NCBI GenBank assembly: GCA_951406725.2 | Contig: OX597833.1 | Coordinates: forward strand, 16,740,001-16,804,000 | Length of the DNA stretch: 64,000 nucleotides | Source of the DNA: Octopus vulgaris | Taxonomy: Eukaryota | Direction of reading: 5' to 3' | Shown here: positions 25,812 to 38,992 of the stretch, one piece after another | How the letters are laid out: each line of letters opens with the position of its first letter | Numbering within the stretch: position 1 is the stretch's first letter | The notes under the pieces: generated by a model | What the model was told of the DNA's origin: nothing | Databases searched by the model: none | What the model saw: only the letters and a program-made list of their open reading frames with translations | Translations under genes and position numbers: made by a program

Positions 25812-26105
25812 ATCACCGTGACCGACCAGGTTATCAGATGTTGCTACACATCGCTGGTCACAATGCGCTTCGCATTGTTTTAGCCTTCAAATGACGCTAC
25901 CTCGCTGGCTAAGTGAGCAGGCCCACAGGAGAAAGAGTGAGAGAAAGTTGTGGCGAAAGAGTACAGCAGGGGCCCCTACCGGAGCCTCGTGGAGCTTTAG
26001 GTGTTTTCATTCAATGAACACTCACAACGCCCGGTTTGGGAATCGAAACCGCGATCCTACGACCGCGAGTCCACTGCCCTAACCACTGGGCCATTGCACC
26101 TCCAC
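25812..26105 (-). mobile_element. SINE family B, tail type 1
   Basis: Reverse complement of 2669-2975. Confidence 0.85.
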
Positions 26106-26196
26106 CTATCTATCTATATATATCTATATCTATATCTATATCTATCTATCTATGTATCTATCTATCTATCTATCTATCTATATATCTATCTATCTA

Positions 26197-26231
<35 letters not shown>

Positions 26232-26373
26232 AATAGTAAAAAGTGAAAAAACTTCAGACATATTGATTCAAATATATATTTTTTAACCTTTTAAAACAAG
26301 CCTTCTGTAGTTTTTTCACTTTTTACTATTTTCTATATATTCAACCACGTGCTTTCACAAACCAACTTTCTCA

Positions 26374-26433
<60 letters not shown>

Positions 26434-27253
26434 TGTGTGTGAGTGTGAATAAAGAGATTTATGATATTATATGTGTAACTTCTTCGTGAAGGGGCTTCCC
26501 AACTATTTACATCGCTTTATTTATTAGCGTTTTTCCCTTGGCCAACACGTAATGAATGCTGGATTGATTTTGTGTGCTCCTAACGAAATGACCTAGTTGT
26601 GATGGTTCTCTTCCATCAACTAAAGAAACTGCGTAGGAAGGAAAGAGCTTCATTGACGCTGGCTTAAAAGAATAATTATCCATAAGCGTTATCTCGACAA
26701 CGATACGGGGATATTCGTATTCTCCAGCGTCACAATGTTCATTATAAACATTTATCGATTAAAGAATCAATGTTATCATTCAACATAAACTCTGACCTAC
26801 GTTCTGTGTTATACAAGCGAAACATAGATTAGAGACGCTAAGCGGTTCTGTCCATATATCACAGTTATGTGGGCACAACAAGCGAAAAAGCCATGTCAGG
26901 GCTTCATAAACAAACACAAATACGATGGATGTACAGGCTGGAGTGGTTTAATCATACAACACTGGTTCCAGGTATACGAAGGATGGGATGGCTGTTCCGA
27001 ACATAGCTTTGGAAAGCAAGTATAAAATTACTGGAATTAAGTCGCAAGCATGGCTGTGCAGTTAAGAAGCTCGTTTTGGAACCATACTGTTTCGGGTTCA
27101 GTCTCACGACGCTGTACCTTCTAATATAGCACTGAGCCGACATCACCTTAGTGAGTGAGTGAATTTGGTTCATGAAACTGTACAGAAGCCCATTTAATCG
27201 GTTTATAGACGAAGAAATCGACCCCAGGATTTATTCTTTGTAAGCCTAGTGCT

Positions 27254-27551
27254 TATTCTATCGGCATCTTTTGCCGAATCGCTAAGTTACGGGGGCGAAG
27301 CAAAGGTACAGATATATACATACATAGATACAACGGATTTCTTTCGGTTTCCCTCTACCAAATCCATTCACAAGGCATTGGTCGCTCTAAGGCTTGGGCA
27401 AGTGTCTTCTATTATAGCCTCGGGCCGAATAAAGCCTTGTGAGTGGATTTGGTAGACGGAAACTGAAAGAAACCCGTTGTATATATGTATGTATGTATCT
27501 GTGCCTGTGCTTCGCCCCCGTAACTTAGCGATTCGGCAAATGATGCCGATA

Positions 27552-27556
<5 letters not shown>
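27254..27556. repeat. Fold-back of SINE A fragment (arms 27254-27376 and 27434-27556)
   Basis: Both arms share the same rearranged internal segment gggggcgaagca.agg.acagat. Confidence 0.85.
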
Positions 27557-27611
<55 letters not shown>

Positions 27612-27616
27612 ATATG

Positions 27617-27672
<56 letters not shown>

Positions 27673-28611
27673 GTACGTGTGTGTATATGTTTGTGTGTCT
27701 GTGTGTGTGTCCCCAACATCGCTTGACAACCGATGCTGCTGTGTTTACGTCCCCGTAACTTAGCGGTTCGGCAAAAAGCGACCGATAGAATAAGTACTAG
27801 GCTGACGAAGAATAAGTCTTGGGATCGATTTGCTCGACTAAAGGCGGCACTCGAGCATGGCCGCAGTCAAATGACTGAAACAAACAAAAGAGTAAAAGAG
27901 TAAAGGATGTATACCGCAAGAAGACATTTCATTTGTAACACCTACAACGTAGAACCAGGGCAGGGACCTTCCCCCGACTGACCTGGGGTTAACTTGTTGC
28001 TCTAGTATGCATTGACGAGTTTATATTATTGTTATTGTTTAACCCTGATTGAATATGGTTTTGACCAAAAGGTTCTAGTCATAAGCATTTGCTTCGGAAA
28101 CTGTGCACCGAGGAGCGCAATATACACAGTGGCCTCTTTCTTCCGACGGAAGGATGTGATTTAAAATAAATCTTTGCCGGTCAAATGATCACGCAGTGCC
28201 TCTCTCAATGACCCGTGAACCAACATTTAAGAGATGTATAATAATATACGGCGTACTGGCAGAATTGTTCGCACACCGGACAAAATGCTTAGCGGCATGT
28301 CGTCCGTATTGAGGTTCTAAGTTCAAATTCCTCTGACGTCGACTTGTCTTTCATCCTTTGTCGATGGAATTATTACCAGTGACTTACACAGTTCCATGTA
28401 ATCTCCAAGCCCCTCCCTCAAATACCAGACCTTGTACCTATAGTAGAAAAGATTGTAGCATTCTATGTTAAGGCAGCGAAATAGCAGAAGCGTTACCGCC
28501 ACGGACAAAATATTTAGTAGCCATTCTTCCGGCCTATTTACATTATAAGTTCAAACGTCGCCGAGGTCCACTTTGCTTTACGTCGTTCCAGGATCGATGT
28601 AATTGACTTGT

Positions 28612-28992
28612 GTGGGGGTACAATGGCCCAGTGTTTACGGCAGCAGACGCGCGGTCGTAGGATCGCGGTTTCGATTCCCAGAACAGGCGTTGTGAGTGTT
28701 TATTGAACGAAAACGCCTCAAAGCTCCAAGAGGCTCCAGTAGGGGGTGGTGGCGAACCATGCTGTAATCTTTCACCACAACTTTCTCTCACTCTTTCTTC
28801 CTGATTCTGTTGTACCTGTATTTCAAAGGGCCAGCCATGTCACACTCTGTGTCACGCTGAATCTCCCCGAGAACTACGTTAAGGGTACCCGTGTCTGTAG
28901 AGTGGTCATCCACTTACACGTTCATTTCACGAGCAGGCTGTTCCGTTGATCGGATCAACTGGAACCCTCGTCGTCGTAACCGACGGAGCGCC
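28612..28992 (+). mobile_element. SINE family B (tail 2) inserted into a family D SINE
   Basis: Flanked by aattgacttgt at 28601-28611 and 28996-29006. Confidence 0.85.
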
Positions 28993-30222
28993 ACCAATTG
29001 ACTTGTCTCGTTTCACTAAATTTCAGGCTTTGTGCCTAAAGTAGAAAGAATAACAATATTCTAGGTTATATTATAGTCATGCTATTCAAGTTTCAAATTC
29101 TATAGATATAAGTATTGTTTTGCCACCTTGTACACCAGGTCGGTAAAATAAATTCACATGTGATATTGGCTTCCTCTCAGAGGAATCTATATTTCAAATG
29201 ATATTACAGATATGGCATCAAAAGAAATAATTATAACCAGTAAGTCTCATATTACAGTTATCTTTACCTGCATTAGTAATTTAAGCGATAATTTATGAAC
29301 TTCTCTTCGTCTCCTTTCCCCAACAATATCTTGTCTAAATATAGTTACATCTCCTTCTCCGCCATATTGCTCTCTCTCTTCTTTGCCACAAATCCCGCAG
29401 ATAGGCGAATATTGACGTCAGCAAATATTAACCTAATTTTGTATTACTCATCGCGGTTATCCCACCCCGTTCTATTTTCAAAGAAACCCCTCAAAAACCC
29501 TTTTATCTTCAGTATTCTTAATGAAAACGCTTGGGTTGCTTTTCTCCATTTTTTTTTCTCCTTCTTTTCGTCTTAACTATCTCTCAAAATCCCTTGACCC
29601 TATTTATGGCCTTCATAAGTTCCTCATTAACAAGAAATTGATTGAATGGAGCAGAATAAACTAAGCTCTAGCAATCTATTTATTGCTCGCCCCCTTATTT
29701 TTTACACAGCAATCTCATTTCCTATTTTTTTCTATTCGCTTATCTTTCATACACATCTACTTATCTATCATACTCTCTCTCTCTCTCTCTCTCTCATCTT
29801 TTTCTTATGTCTATACCTTTCTTGCTGTCACCCTGTCTCTCGACAGTGTTATTAATTGTATTTTCTCCATTTCTTTCACTCTAACTGCCCCTTACTCTCT
29901 CTTCCCCTTTCTATGTCTCACTCGATCTACATACATACATGCATACATACATACATTCATACATACATACATACATACATACATGCATACATACATACAT
30001 ACATACACGCATAAATACACACATACATAATACATACACGCACACATACATACTCAAACATATACACATATATGTATATGTATATAGGTGTAAATATGTA
30101 TATAGTTATATGTACATATACACGTACATATATACATATATAAACATATACATACATGCATACGTAATTCATACATACATATATATTTATATGATATCTA
30201 TATCTATCGATTTAATTATCTA

Positions 30223-30275
<53 letters not shown>

Positions 30276-30357
30276 TTAATTGTCTATCTATTTAATTATC
30301 CATATATCTTTCTAATTATCAATCTATCTAAGTATTTATCTATCTATATTTCTAATC

Positions 30358-30485
<128 letters not shown>

Positions 30486-31253
30486 AATTAATCTATCACT
30501 ATATATACACACACATTCCTTGTGGAGTGTATTTGTATGTTTGTCGCCGCCCCCTCCAACAAACAAAGTTTCTATTTTCTGCCATTAATTCTACACTTGC
30601 ACATACGTCACTGCATTCTCTTTGTTTTGGTATATCCCGATACAAGTTAAGAATATAGATATGTAATAGTCAGGGGTGGGGTTTTCTCTCTGAAATATAC
30701 CGTAGTCATACAATAAGAATCGTAGGAATGTTGTGCCAAATATGTTGGATGGATGTAAGAATTGTGGAACTGAGAGACAGACGAAGAAATGTAACTTGAT
30801 GCGCAACAAGCGAAACTAATCGCAAATATATACCAATTGAAGTTAATTATCGCTTTGAAGTTAATGAATCGCTACCAATATAATATTTGATAATTACCAA
30901 ATATTTGGTTTTTCTATTGGTTTGAAAATTCTTGATGTGAACTCATGTGTTGAAATATATTTTGGTGTACCTCGGGAGGGTCGTTATGCCAATAATAATC
31001 ACGCTCACGGTTTCTTTTTTACTTCTTTATAATTTGTCATTAGGTTAACTTTTTAACCAGTTTACTAATTGATTAATCAAGCAATCAAAGTCCTTTCGTT
31101 CTCATTTTCAACCTTCCAGGACCTGCACTTTCTGTGATTAGCCCAATAATTAAATAACCAATCAATTAGTGTATCGGTTAAATAGTCGACCAATTAACAA
31201 ATAATAAAGAAGTGAAGCAGAACCAGTGTGTGCGTTTATTTTTTGGTATAACG

Positions 31254-31720
31254 ACGGCAGCGAACTGGCAGATCGTTAGCACGTCGGGCGAAATGCTTAG
31301 CGGTATTTCGCCTGCCGCTAAGTTCTGAGTTCAAATTCCGCCGCGGTCGACTTTGCCTTTCATCCTTTCGGGGTCGATAAATTAAGTACCTGTTACGCAC
31401 TGTAATCGACTTAATCTGTTTGTTTGTCCTTGTTTGTTCTCTCTCTGTTTAGCCCCTTGTGGGTAGTAAAGAAATAAGTATCGTTAGCACGCCGGGCGAA
31501 ATGCGTAGCCGTATTTCGTCTGCCGTTACATTCTGAGTTCAAATTCCGCCGAGGTCGACTTTGCCTTTCATCCTTTCGGTGTCGATAAATTAAGTACCAG
31601 TTACGCACTGGGGTCGATATAATCGACTTAATCCGTTTGTCTGTCCTTGTTTGTCCTTTCTGTGTTTAGCCCCTTGTGGGTAGTAAAGAAATAGGTATTT
31701 CGCCCATCGCAATGTTCTGA
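31254..31720 (+). mobile_element. Cluster/concatemer of family D SINEs
   Basis: Repeated ttctgagttcaaattccgcc and Nin-like block; junction gaaataggt|atttcg at ~31696. Confidence 0.8.
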
Positions 31721-32184
31721 GTTCAAATTCGCAATGTTCTGAGTTCAAAGAATCGTTAGCACACCGGACAGACTACTTAGTGGTCTTTCATCCGTCTTTG
31801 CATTCTGAGTTCAATTTCCATTGAGCTCAATTTTACTCTACATCTTTTTGGGGTTGATAAAATGAGTACCAATTGAATACTGGTGTGGGAGAGGAGGAGT
31901 TAATGTAATTGACAAACCATCTTCTCCCACTATCAAATTTCAGGCTGTGAGCCTATAACAGAAATGATTATTGGCATAATATTCCTACCGAGATACAACA
32001 AAACGACCATATATTTTGAACACACATAAATGGATATCATGAATGGATATTATTTCTTTTCCACTAAGTTCCATTGCATTTTCTGTTGTGTCTGGGAGAG
32101 TCATTCTCTTTTGGTGCCTTATAATTTAACACACTCATCGGTAAAATTTCCATTTATTTCTTTTTTATTACTAAAAAAAATTTT

Positions 32185-32221
32185 CTAAAATTTTTGTTGC
32201 GTCTTGCAATCTTTTCGATAG
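32185..32221 (-). ncRNA. Degenerate hammerhead-like motif with possible U3-A8 core
   Basis: Reverse strand: cta-TCGAAAA-g-attgc aagac gcaac-AAAA-AT-T-T-tag; G12 appears mutated. Confidence 0.35.
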
Positions 32222-32427
32222 TGTTAATGTTAAACTAAATAGTAATTACATAAAGTAAGCACCAGTCTGATAATATGAACGTGTTACTCTCCCCTCTATG
32301 TCAGCTACTTTTCCCTACTTCATAACAGATGGCCTCTACTCCACGACGATTATAACCGTGTGTTGTTTTTACGTCGGCCAATATATCGCAAAAGCAGTTC
32401 ACACCTTTACGCATTATATCTGCTATA

Positions 32428-32810
32428 GGCGGCGAGCTGGCAGAAACGTTAGCACGCCGGGCGAAATGCTTAGTGGTACTTCGTCTGCCGCTGCGTTCTG
32501 AGTTCAAATTCCGCCGAGGTCGACTTTTCCTTTCATCCTTTCGTGGTCGATATATTAAGTACCAGTTACGCACTGGGGTCGATATAATCGACTTAATCCG
32601 TTTGTCTGTCGTTGCTTGTCCTCTTGTGGGTAGTAAAGAAATCGGTATTTCGTCTGCCGCTACGTTCTGAGTTCAAATTCCGCCGAGGTCGACTTTGCCT
32701 TTCAACCTTTCGGGTACAAATTAAGTACCAGTTGCGTACTGAGGGTTGATGTAATCGACTTATCCCCTTACTCCGAAATTGCTGGCTTTTGCCAAATTTT
32801 GAAATCAATA
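32428..32810 (+). mobile_element. SINE family D dimer
   Basis: Full head ggcggcgagctggcagaaacgttagc; junction gaaatcggt|atttcgtctgc at ~32646. Confidence 0.85.
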
Positions 32811-33238
32811 TAATAGTTTCTTTTGACAAAACATAAAATTCTGAAGTATTATGCAGAAGAGATGGGATGTTACGAGCTTCATGTCTTTTAAAAAAAAGTG
32901 TTAAAAATGCTAGTAGTATATGTCAGTTTGGAATGAATATTGAAACAAAGCTACTGAACTACTTCTACTGGTGATAGGTTTACATATATTTAGATGAAGT
33001 CAGATTGGGAGATGCTAAGAATTTAATATTCTAGGTTCTTATGGCATTCGAAATCCGTCCGCCAAGAGTTAGTGTCGATATTTACGGTCAGTGTCGCTTG
33101 TTTGCTTGTTATATTACGGTTGTTGAATTGTTGAATATTGTTATTGTGTGTGTTTAAATACACCATTGTTTTCCTGCTTTGCAGCAGTCCTGTTATCGTT
33201 TGCCCCTTGTTTGAGGCGGGAAGCGCTTTTGGTATAAC

Positions 33239-33690
33239 ATGAATACTGGTTGTGACATGTTAAGTCTTTCTGGCGTGGATTTGCCAGAAAGTGAATCAAT
33301 AGAATTCTTGGATAATGCAGAGGAGGAGCTGTCAAGAAGAAAAAGGATAATGAATGTTAACAATAGGAAAAGTATCAAAAGGTTTGCAGCTGCGGCCGGC
33401 GCTTCGAAGGAAGAGATAATGTTTGAAATGCAAGATTTACTGAAGTACAAGGACATGTTGAAAAAGGCAGGATGCAAAATTGAGTTGGCCTCTCCTTGCA
33501 AAGTTACTCAGGATACGTTGAAGAAAAACGGTAATGTTTAAAAAGTTTGTAGTCAGAGATAAAATAGATGTGGGAACAAGGGTTCAAATCGAAAAGCGCT
33601 TGGCATTTATATGGCCGGAAATTACGTACTTGGCCAGGGATAACAAATATGCTTCAGTGGAAGTGCGGGTTCAAACAAAGGAAATGGCCA
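33239..33690 (+). pseudogene. Frameshifted non-repetitive reading frame, possibly a LINE ORF1 5' fragment
   Basis: ORFs 33239-33541 and 33534-33752 join through an A-run frameshift into ~150 aa of protein-like sequence that stops abruptly at a SINE D tail (~33695-33770); family not recognised with certainty. Confidence 0.4.
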
Positions 33691-33931
33691 GCATATATAA
33701 TCGACTTAATCAGTTTGTCTGTCCTTGTTTGTCCTCTCTCTCTTGTGGGTAGTAAAGAAATAGGTAAATAAAAAACAGATTCTAGGTTATTTTTTTTAAT
33801 TTTTCACCACCATTCACCAACGTGAACTAGTTTACGTTGAAAATTATTGAATTAGTCCACATTTATGATGGCTGAGCTAATCCACATGCAACAAATGAAT
33901 AGTTAATTGAAGGCTTATTAAAGTGTACATA

Positions 33932-34302
33932 TCTTTATATATAAAAGTGAGGTTGTGTGTCTGTCTCCTACGATTTAGATTCCTAACTACTCCCACATTT
34001 TGCGGTGCAGTTTAACCAAAACCGGGTATCTTATAGTCGTGATTCATATCGAGCCCTTCTGGGTCTACGATTTTAAAAATAATTTACCATCATTTTTTTC
34101 CATTTTAATGCATATTTTTTTTAATATAAGGGAAGTAACTCTCTAAAAATGTCTACGATGAGTCAACGATTTAAAAAAAAATTTACCATCATATTTTTCC
34201 ATTTTCAATGCATTTCTTTGCTATTTTTTGGCTATAACTCTCTAAAAATGCTTTATAGTTATTTCCCTTACAAACCCGAGCGACGCCGGGCGATACTGCT
34301 AG
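33932..34302 (+). mobile_element. Non-autonomous Helitron
   Basis: A|TC 5' end, 3' GC-rich hairpin cccgagcgacgccggg then CTAG|T, no TSD; related to 43347-43859. Confidence 0.85.
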
Positions 34303-34487
34303 TAAAACATATTCTTTTTGCCTATTCCTCGGGGAGATCTGAATCTTGCTTTGACTCAGTTTTTTTTCTGGTCATTTTTACAAGTATTTTTCCCGCGATT
34401 GAGTCTTAGTCTCGTTACTGTCTGATGGAGTTACGTTCCTATTGTCACTTATAGCTAAGATATCGAACGGAATTATATGTTTTTCTA

Positions 34488-35084
34488 GTTACCTCCGCCT
34501 TAGCGAAGGCAGAGGTATTGTTTTCAGTAGTATTTGTTTGTTGGTTTGTCCGTGGACAAGATATCTCAAGAACCGCTGGACGGATTCGGATGAAACCTTC
34601 AGGGATGTTTGGCCACGTGATTGGCACGAACTGATTAGATTTGGTGATCGATCCGGTACCGGAAAAGGATTCTGGGTTATTTGTTATATTTACTTTACAT
34701 GATTACCATCTTACGTTAACTTTCAAGTCTTTCTCAATTATCTCCCTTTAGACAAACTATTTCGAATGGTGAATTTGTGAACGTTGGCTTGTATTAGATA
34801 AAGATAAAGTACTAGTGTTACTAAATTTTCTACAGCCACCTTCATATTCCATGACTACTATTGGTATCAATCAGGTACCGGACAAGGATTCTGGATTATT
34901 TTTCTAGTTTTTTGGGGGTTTTTTTTGCTTAATTTTTGAGAGCCGTCGGTTTCATTTTTAGTATTCTAGTTTGTGAGAGCGGTCGAGTTTATTTCAGGTA
35001 TTCTCAGATATTCTCTCTGGCTAATCGTTGAGAGAACGTTGGTGTTGCCTTGGCGGAGGTTTGTGCTCTCTGATTGCTCTTGTT
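34488..35084 (+). mobile_element. Helentron-associated (HINE-like) non-autonomous element
   Basis: Subterminal inverted repeats acctccgcc (34491) and ggcggaggt (35052), gttt microsatellite near the 5' end, degenerate 3' hairpin, T-rich termini. Confidence 0.65.
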
Positions 35085-35494
35085 ATCTGATTGATTCTGT
35101 CTGTCTGCTGTTTACAAGGCTGCAAAAATACAATAGTTTGAGCGTCGGAATAAAGTTTTGTGCTATTTGTTGATTCCCTACGTTCTCAGTTCGAATTTAG
35201 CTAAAGTCAGTTTAGCTTTCATTCCTTCGGTGTCGACAAAATACAGTGCCGGTCCAGTATTGAAGTCGATTTTATTGACTAAACACTCTTCTCAACGATG
35301 TGGCCTTCTGCTTACATGAGAAATCAATGTTGTTTAGCTCCAAGTTACACTGGATAGTTCATTCCTGTGTCCAAAAGAATTTTAACTGTGATTCTCACGT
35401 ATTATTTCCAGACGTAGGACATCTTGGACGACATTTTTAATGTCACCTATTTTTTTTAAAGATAGCAAAATGCGATTTGAGGGGGAGTTGGTTA

Positions 35495-35999
35495 CCGTAA
35501 ATCCTCGAGTATAATACGCATTTTCCCCCAAAATTTAAAGGTCAAAATCCTTAGTGCGTACTATGTACGAGGTTAAAAATGAAAATTATTTTCTAATTAT
35601 TTTCTAAGCAATGTCCAAGTCTCTATTTGCTCTCCAGCATTTTGTGATATCGGGCGCGAAAATACCTTAAGCTAAGCCTGAAAGCAATGAAATCATAAAA
35701 GAATCATCCATAACTTGCAGTAAGCAACATTTATTAAACGTTATTACTGTTATTTCTTTATTTTCTGCAAACAAAATGCACAAAAAAGCTACACGTTTGC
35801 ATTATGTTATATATACAATAATAATAAAGGACGTTACCGTATACATTTTTACAAACCAAGGACGTTATATAGACCTCCTTGACTCAAGTTAGAGAAAGGG
35901 AACGTATTATACACATGGTTTAGATTTTTCAGAGGTTCAGCCCCCTAAAAATCCCCTGCGTATTATACTTAAGGGCGGATTATACTCGAGGATTTACGG
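35495..35999. mobile_element. MITE with CCGTA termini (Tc2/pogo-like)
   Basis: TIR ccgtaaatcctcgagtataat / attatactcgaggatttacgg, TA on both flanks. Confidence 0.88.
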
Positions 36000-36671
36000 T
36001 ACTTTTTATGACGGGTTGATGAACAACGTAGAAACGACTTTTGAAAGTGACGCTGTGAAAATTGCACGTTCGAGAAATAATGCGTCTTACAACGCAAATA
36101 AAATGAATTTGAGCAATAATAAATCTCTACAGTAACAACCACCCTTAGTGGTTAGCCATATTGAGATGGCTAGTATACTTTACGTTAAAATGAATTTGTT
36201 TTCACTGAAAATCGAAACCGAATTCTTTGTTCTTACTCATTTGGGAGAGCTCACCTTTTGTTTACGATTCTTGGATTTTGACGGCTAATAAATCAACTGC
36301 AAATCACCTAAAGAGAATACATTCGAAAATAATGGGAAGACAGGAATTAAACTGCGCAGATGGTTACTGTAAATGACCTCATCATGACAGGCTATTTGGA
36401 TTCCAGCATCACGTGTTTCTACATGCGACCCGTTTCTACCTAAGTTTATATTCTCGACGTCTGCTTGTTTTAGGGCGTAATTACTTTCCTCGCTCTTGTA
36501 CAGCAGTTTGTTCATTTTATCTACACTTACCAGCAATTGTCCTTCGCCACTGCACCGTTCTGTTTATACATATTGTATATATTACTACACTATCACTTTC
36601 GCATGCACAGACTCCGACACAAACACACACACACATATATAAATATAAATATAAATATATATAATATATAA

Positions 36672-36777
<106 letters not shown>

Positions 36778-37166
36778 CATATATATACATATATAAACAC
36801 AGGCATACATGCATATATGTGAGTGTATGGAACATCCGTTTTTACCTGAACCGTCAGCCTAAATTGTTTATTTCACTTTCCACGAAAGAATTTAAACCTC
36901 CTTTCTGACCTGAGATATAATTACTTGTAAAGTACGATATTTTCAACAAACATTATTTCAATCTTGATTTTAAACAATAACACTTGGTGCAGAGGGCTAT
37001 ATTCAGCTACTTTCTGTTTGGTCCACCTAATAACTCATAAAACAAAAATTCTGAGAAGAAAAAGAATCTTTCAAATGAGAGCCGAAACCATTAGCCAGTA
37101 CACAATGTTTACATTATTTACATTATTTAGATTCGACGGATATTTGTCTTCATCGTGTTTGTTGTC

Positions 37167-37212
37167 AACACAATGTTTCGGCTGATATACCCACCTGCCC
37201 TCATCAGGTGTC
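37167..37212 (-). ncRNA. Hammerhead motif in an inverted solo PLE terminal repeat (~37095-37250)
   Basis: Reverse strand: gacac-CTGATGA-g-ggcag..tcagcc-GAAA-CA-T-T-gtgtt. Confidence 0.7.
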
Positions 37213-37479
37213 TTGGGGAAATTTTGAACCTGGGTTTTCATTCCTAAGACGATAGGACCATAATTTAAAATAGCGATCATATCAAGTGGCCAGTATGGAA
37301 AAATAAACCTTATATGTAATAATTATTATTAAAATTATGATTAAGAGATAACACCATGCTAGAAATAGCAGTCAAAGCCTGACTCTAAAACCACAGGTGA
37401 AAAGATAAAAGAACAAATAAATACTTTTCTATATTTAAGAGATGAGGAATTATGTACATTATTTACATCATTTATATTC

Positions 37480-37525
37480 GACACTTGAAGAAAGCTGGAG
37501 GGTATACCAGCCGAAACGTTGTGTT
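37480..37525 (+). ncRNA. Minimal hammerhead motif, first pLTR (TTGAAGA core)
   Basis: gacac-TTGAAGA-a-agctgg..ccagcc-GAAA-CG-T-T-gtgtt. Confidence 0.65.
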
Positions 37526-37836
37526 AACAACAAACAAGATGAGGACAAATATCCGTCGAATGTAAATAATGTAAATAATTCCTCATCTCTTAAATATAGA
37601 ACTGTATTATCTAATCGGTACGGAGTCGACATGAGACTTCAATTGAGACATATAGAGAAACTTCATCAAAAACGAGCTCGTCTTTCAAACCATCTGACTT
37701 TCTTATGTAGATGTAGAGACTCAAAGCTAATACCGCCTAGCTTGAATATAATGACACTAGTCGATTTACATAAAACTAAAAGAATAAACGAAAGGACAGG
37801 ACATGCCATCGTCCGTGAGAGGATCCATTACATCAA

Positions 37837-37882
37837 GATACCTGAAGAAGGCTGGAGGGTATATCAACCGAAACGTTGTGTT
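37837..37882 (+). ncRNA. Minimal hammerhead motif, second pLTR (CTGAAGA core)
   Basis: gatac-CTGAAGA-a-ggctgg..tcaacc-GAAA-CG-T-T-gtgtt. Confidence 0.75.
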
Positions 37883-38098
37883 GACAACAAACAAGATGAG
37901 GACAAATATCCGTCGAATGTAAATAATGTAAATAAATACTTGATGTGGTTTTAGAGTCAGGTTTTGACTGCTATTTCTGGCAAGGTGGTATCTCTTCGGT
38001 ACCCTTAATTATAATTTTCTCTGTCTGTCTGTCTGTCTTTCTCTCTCTCTCTTTTTTTTTCTCTCTCTCTCTCTTTACACACACACACGCACACGCAT

Positions 38099-38152
<54 letters not shown>

Positions 38153-38483
38153 TGCTGGATTCGAAACTGATTTGTGTCATTTGGCGGTGTCTATTTTACG
38201 CAACCACTAAACCATGAGAACTGCTTTTCTCGGCGCATAGCTGAAAACTCTGACCTGTTTCTGAGTTCTTTCAGTACGTGTGTGTGTATGTGCGTGTGTG
38301 TTCTATGACAAAAAGTCACCAACTGCCCGCCCTGAGTAATTACTGAGGGCATGTGTCTGGTAAACACGCTAAAAACATGCAAACTAAAAGAGTTGCTTGA
38401 ATGCTGTTATGTCAGACACGCCAATGACGAACACATTGGATTCCCGGTGCGGCATCTCTTCGATTAAAAAAAAATAAATAAAT

Positions 38484-38992
38484 AAATGCGCCCTTTTAAA
38501 GCCTAGCCAGGCTCATGGGCCCGGTTTCCCGGTTTCAATAGCGTATGTGTTCCCCAGCTGGACGGGACGCCAGTCCATCGCAGCGTTACTCATTTTTGCC
38601 AGCTGAGTGGACAGGAGCAACGTGAAATGAAGTGTTTTGCTCAAGAACACAACGCGTCGCCCGGTCCAGGAATCGAAACCACAATCTTACGGTCATGATG
38701 CTGACACCCTAACCACTAAGCCACGCGCCTCCACAAATAAATAAATGCGCCCTTTTAAAGCGTAGCCAGGCTCATGGGCCCGGTTTCCCGGTTTCTATGG
38801 CATATGTGTTCCCCAGCTGGACGGGATGCCAGTCCAACGCAGCGTTACTAATTTTTGCCAGCTGAGTGGTCTGGAGCAACGTGAAATGAAGTGTTTTGCT
38901 CAAGAACACAACGCGTCGCCCGGTCCAGGAATCGAAACCACAATCTTACGATCATGATGCTGACACCCTAACCACTAAGCCACGCGCCTCCA
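38484..38992 (-). mobile_element. Two tandem full-length family C SINEs
   Basis: Two ~250-bp near-identical copies (38484-38735, 38743-38992); catctcttcgattaa occurs on both sides (38453, 38991). Confidence 0.9.

Larger units (their letters stand above)
37425..37940 (+). mobile_element. Internally deleted Penelope-like element: inverted stub, pLTR, ORF 5' remnant, pLTR
   Basis: ~100-bp direct repeats at ~37480-37578 and ~37837-37937; remnant RARLSNHLTFLCRCRDSKLIPPSL resembles PLE ORF N-termini; 37425-37467 is inverse of 37560-37601. Confidence 0.8.
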
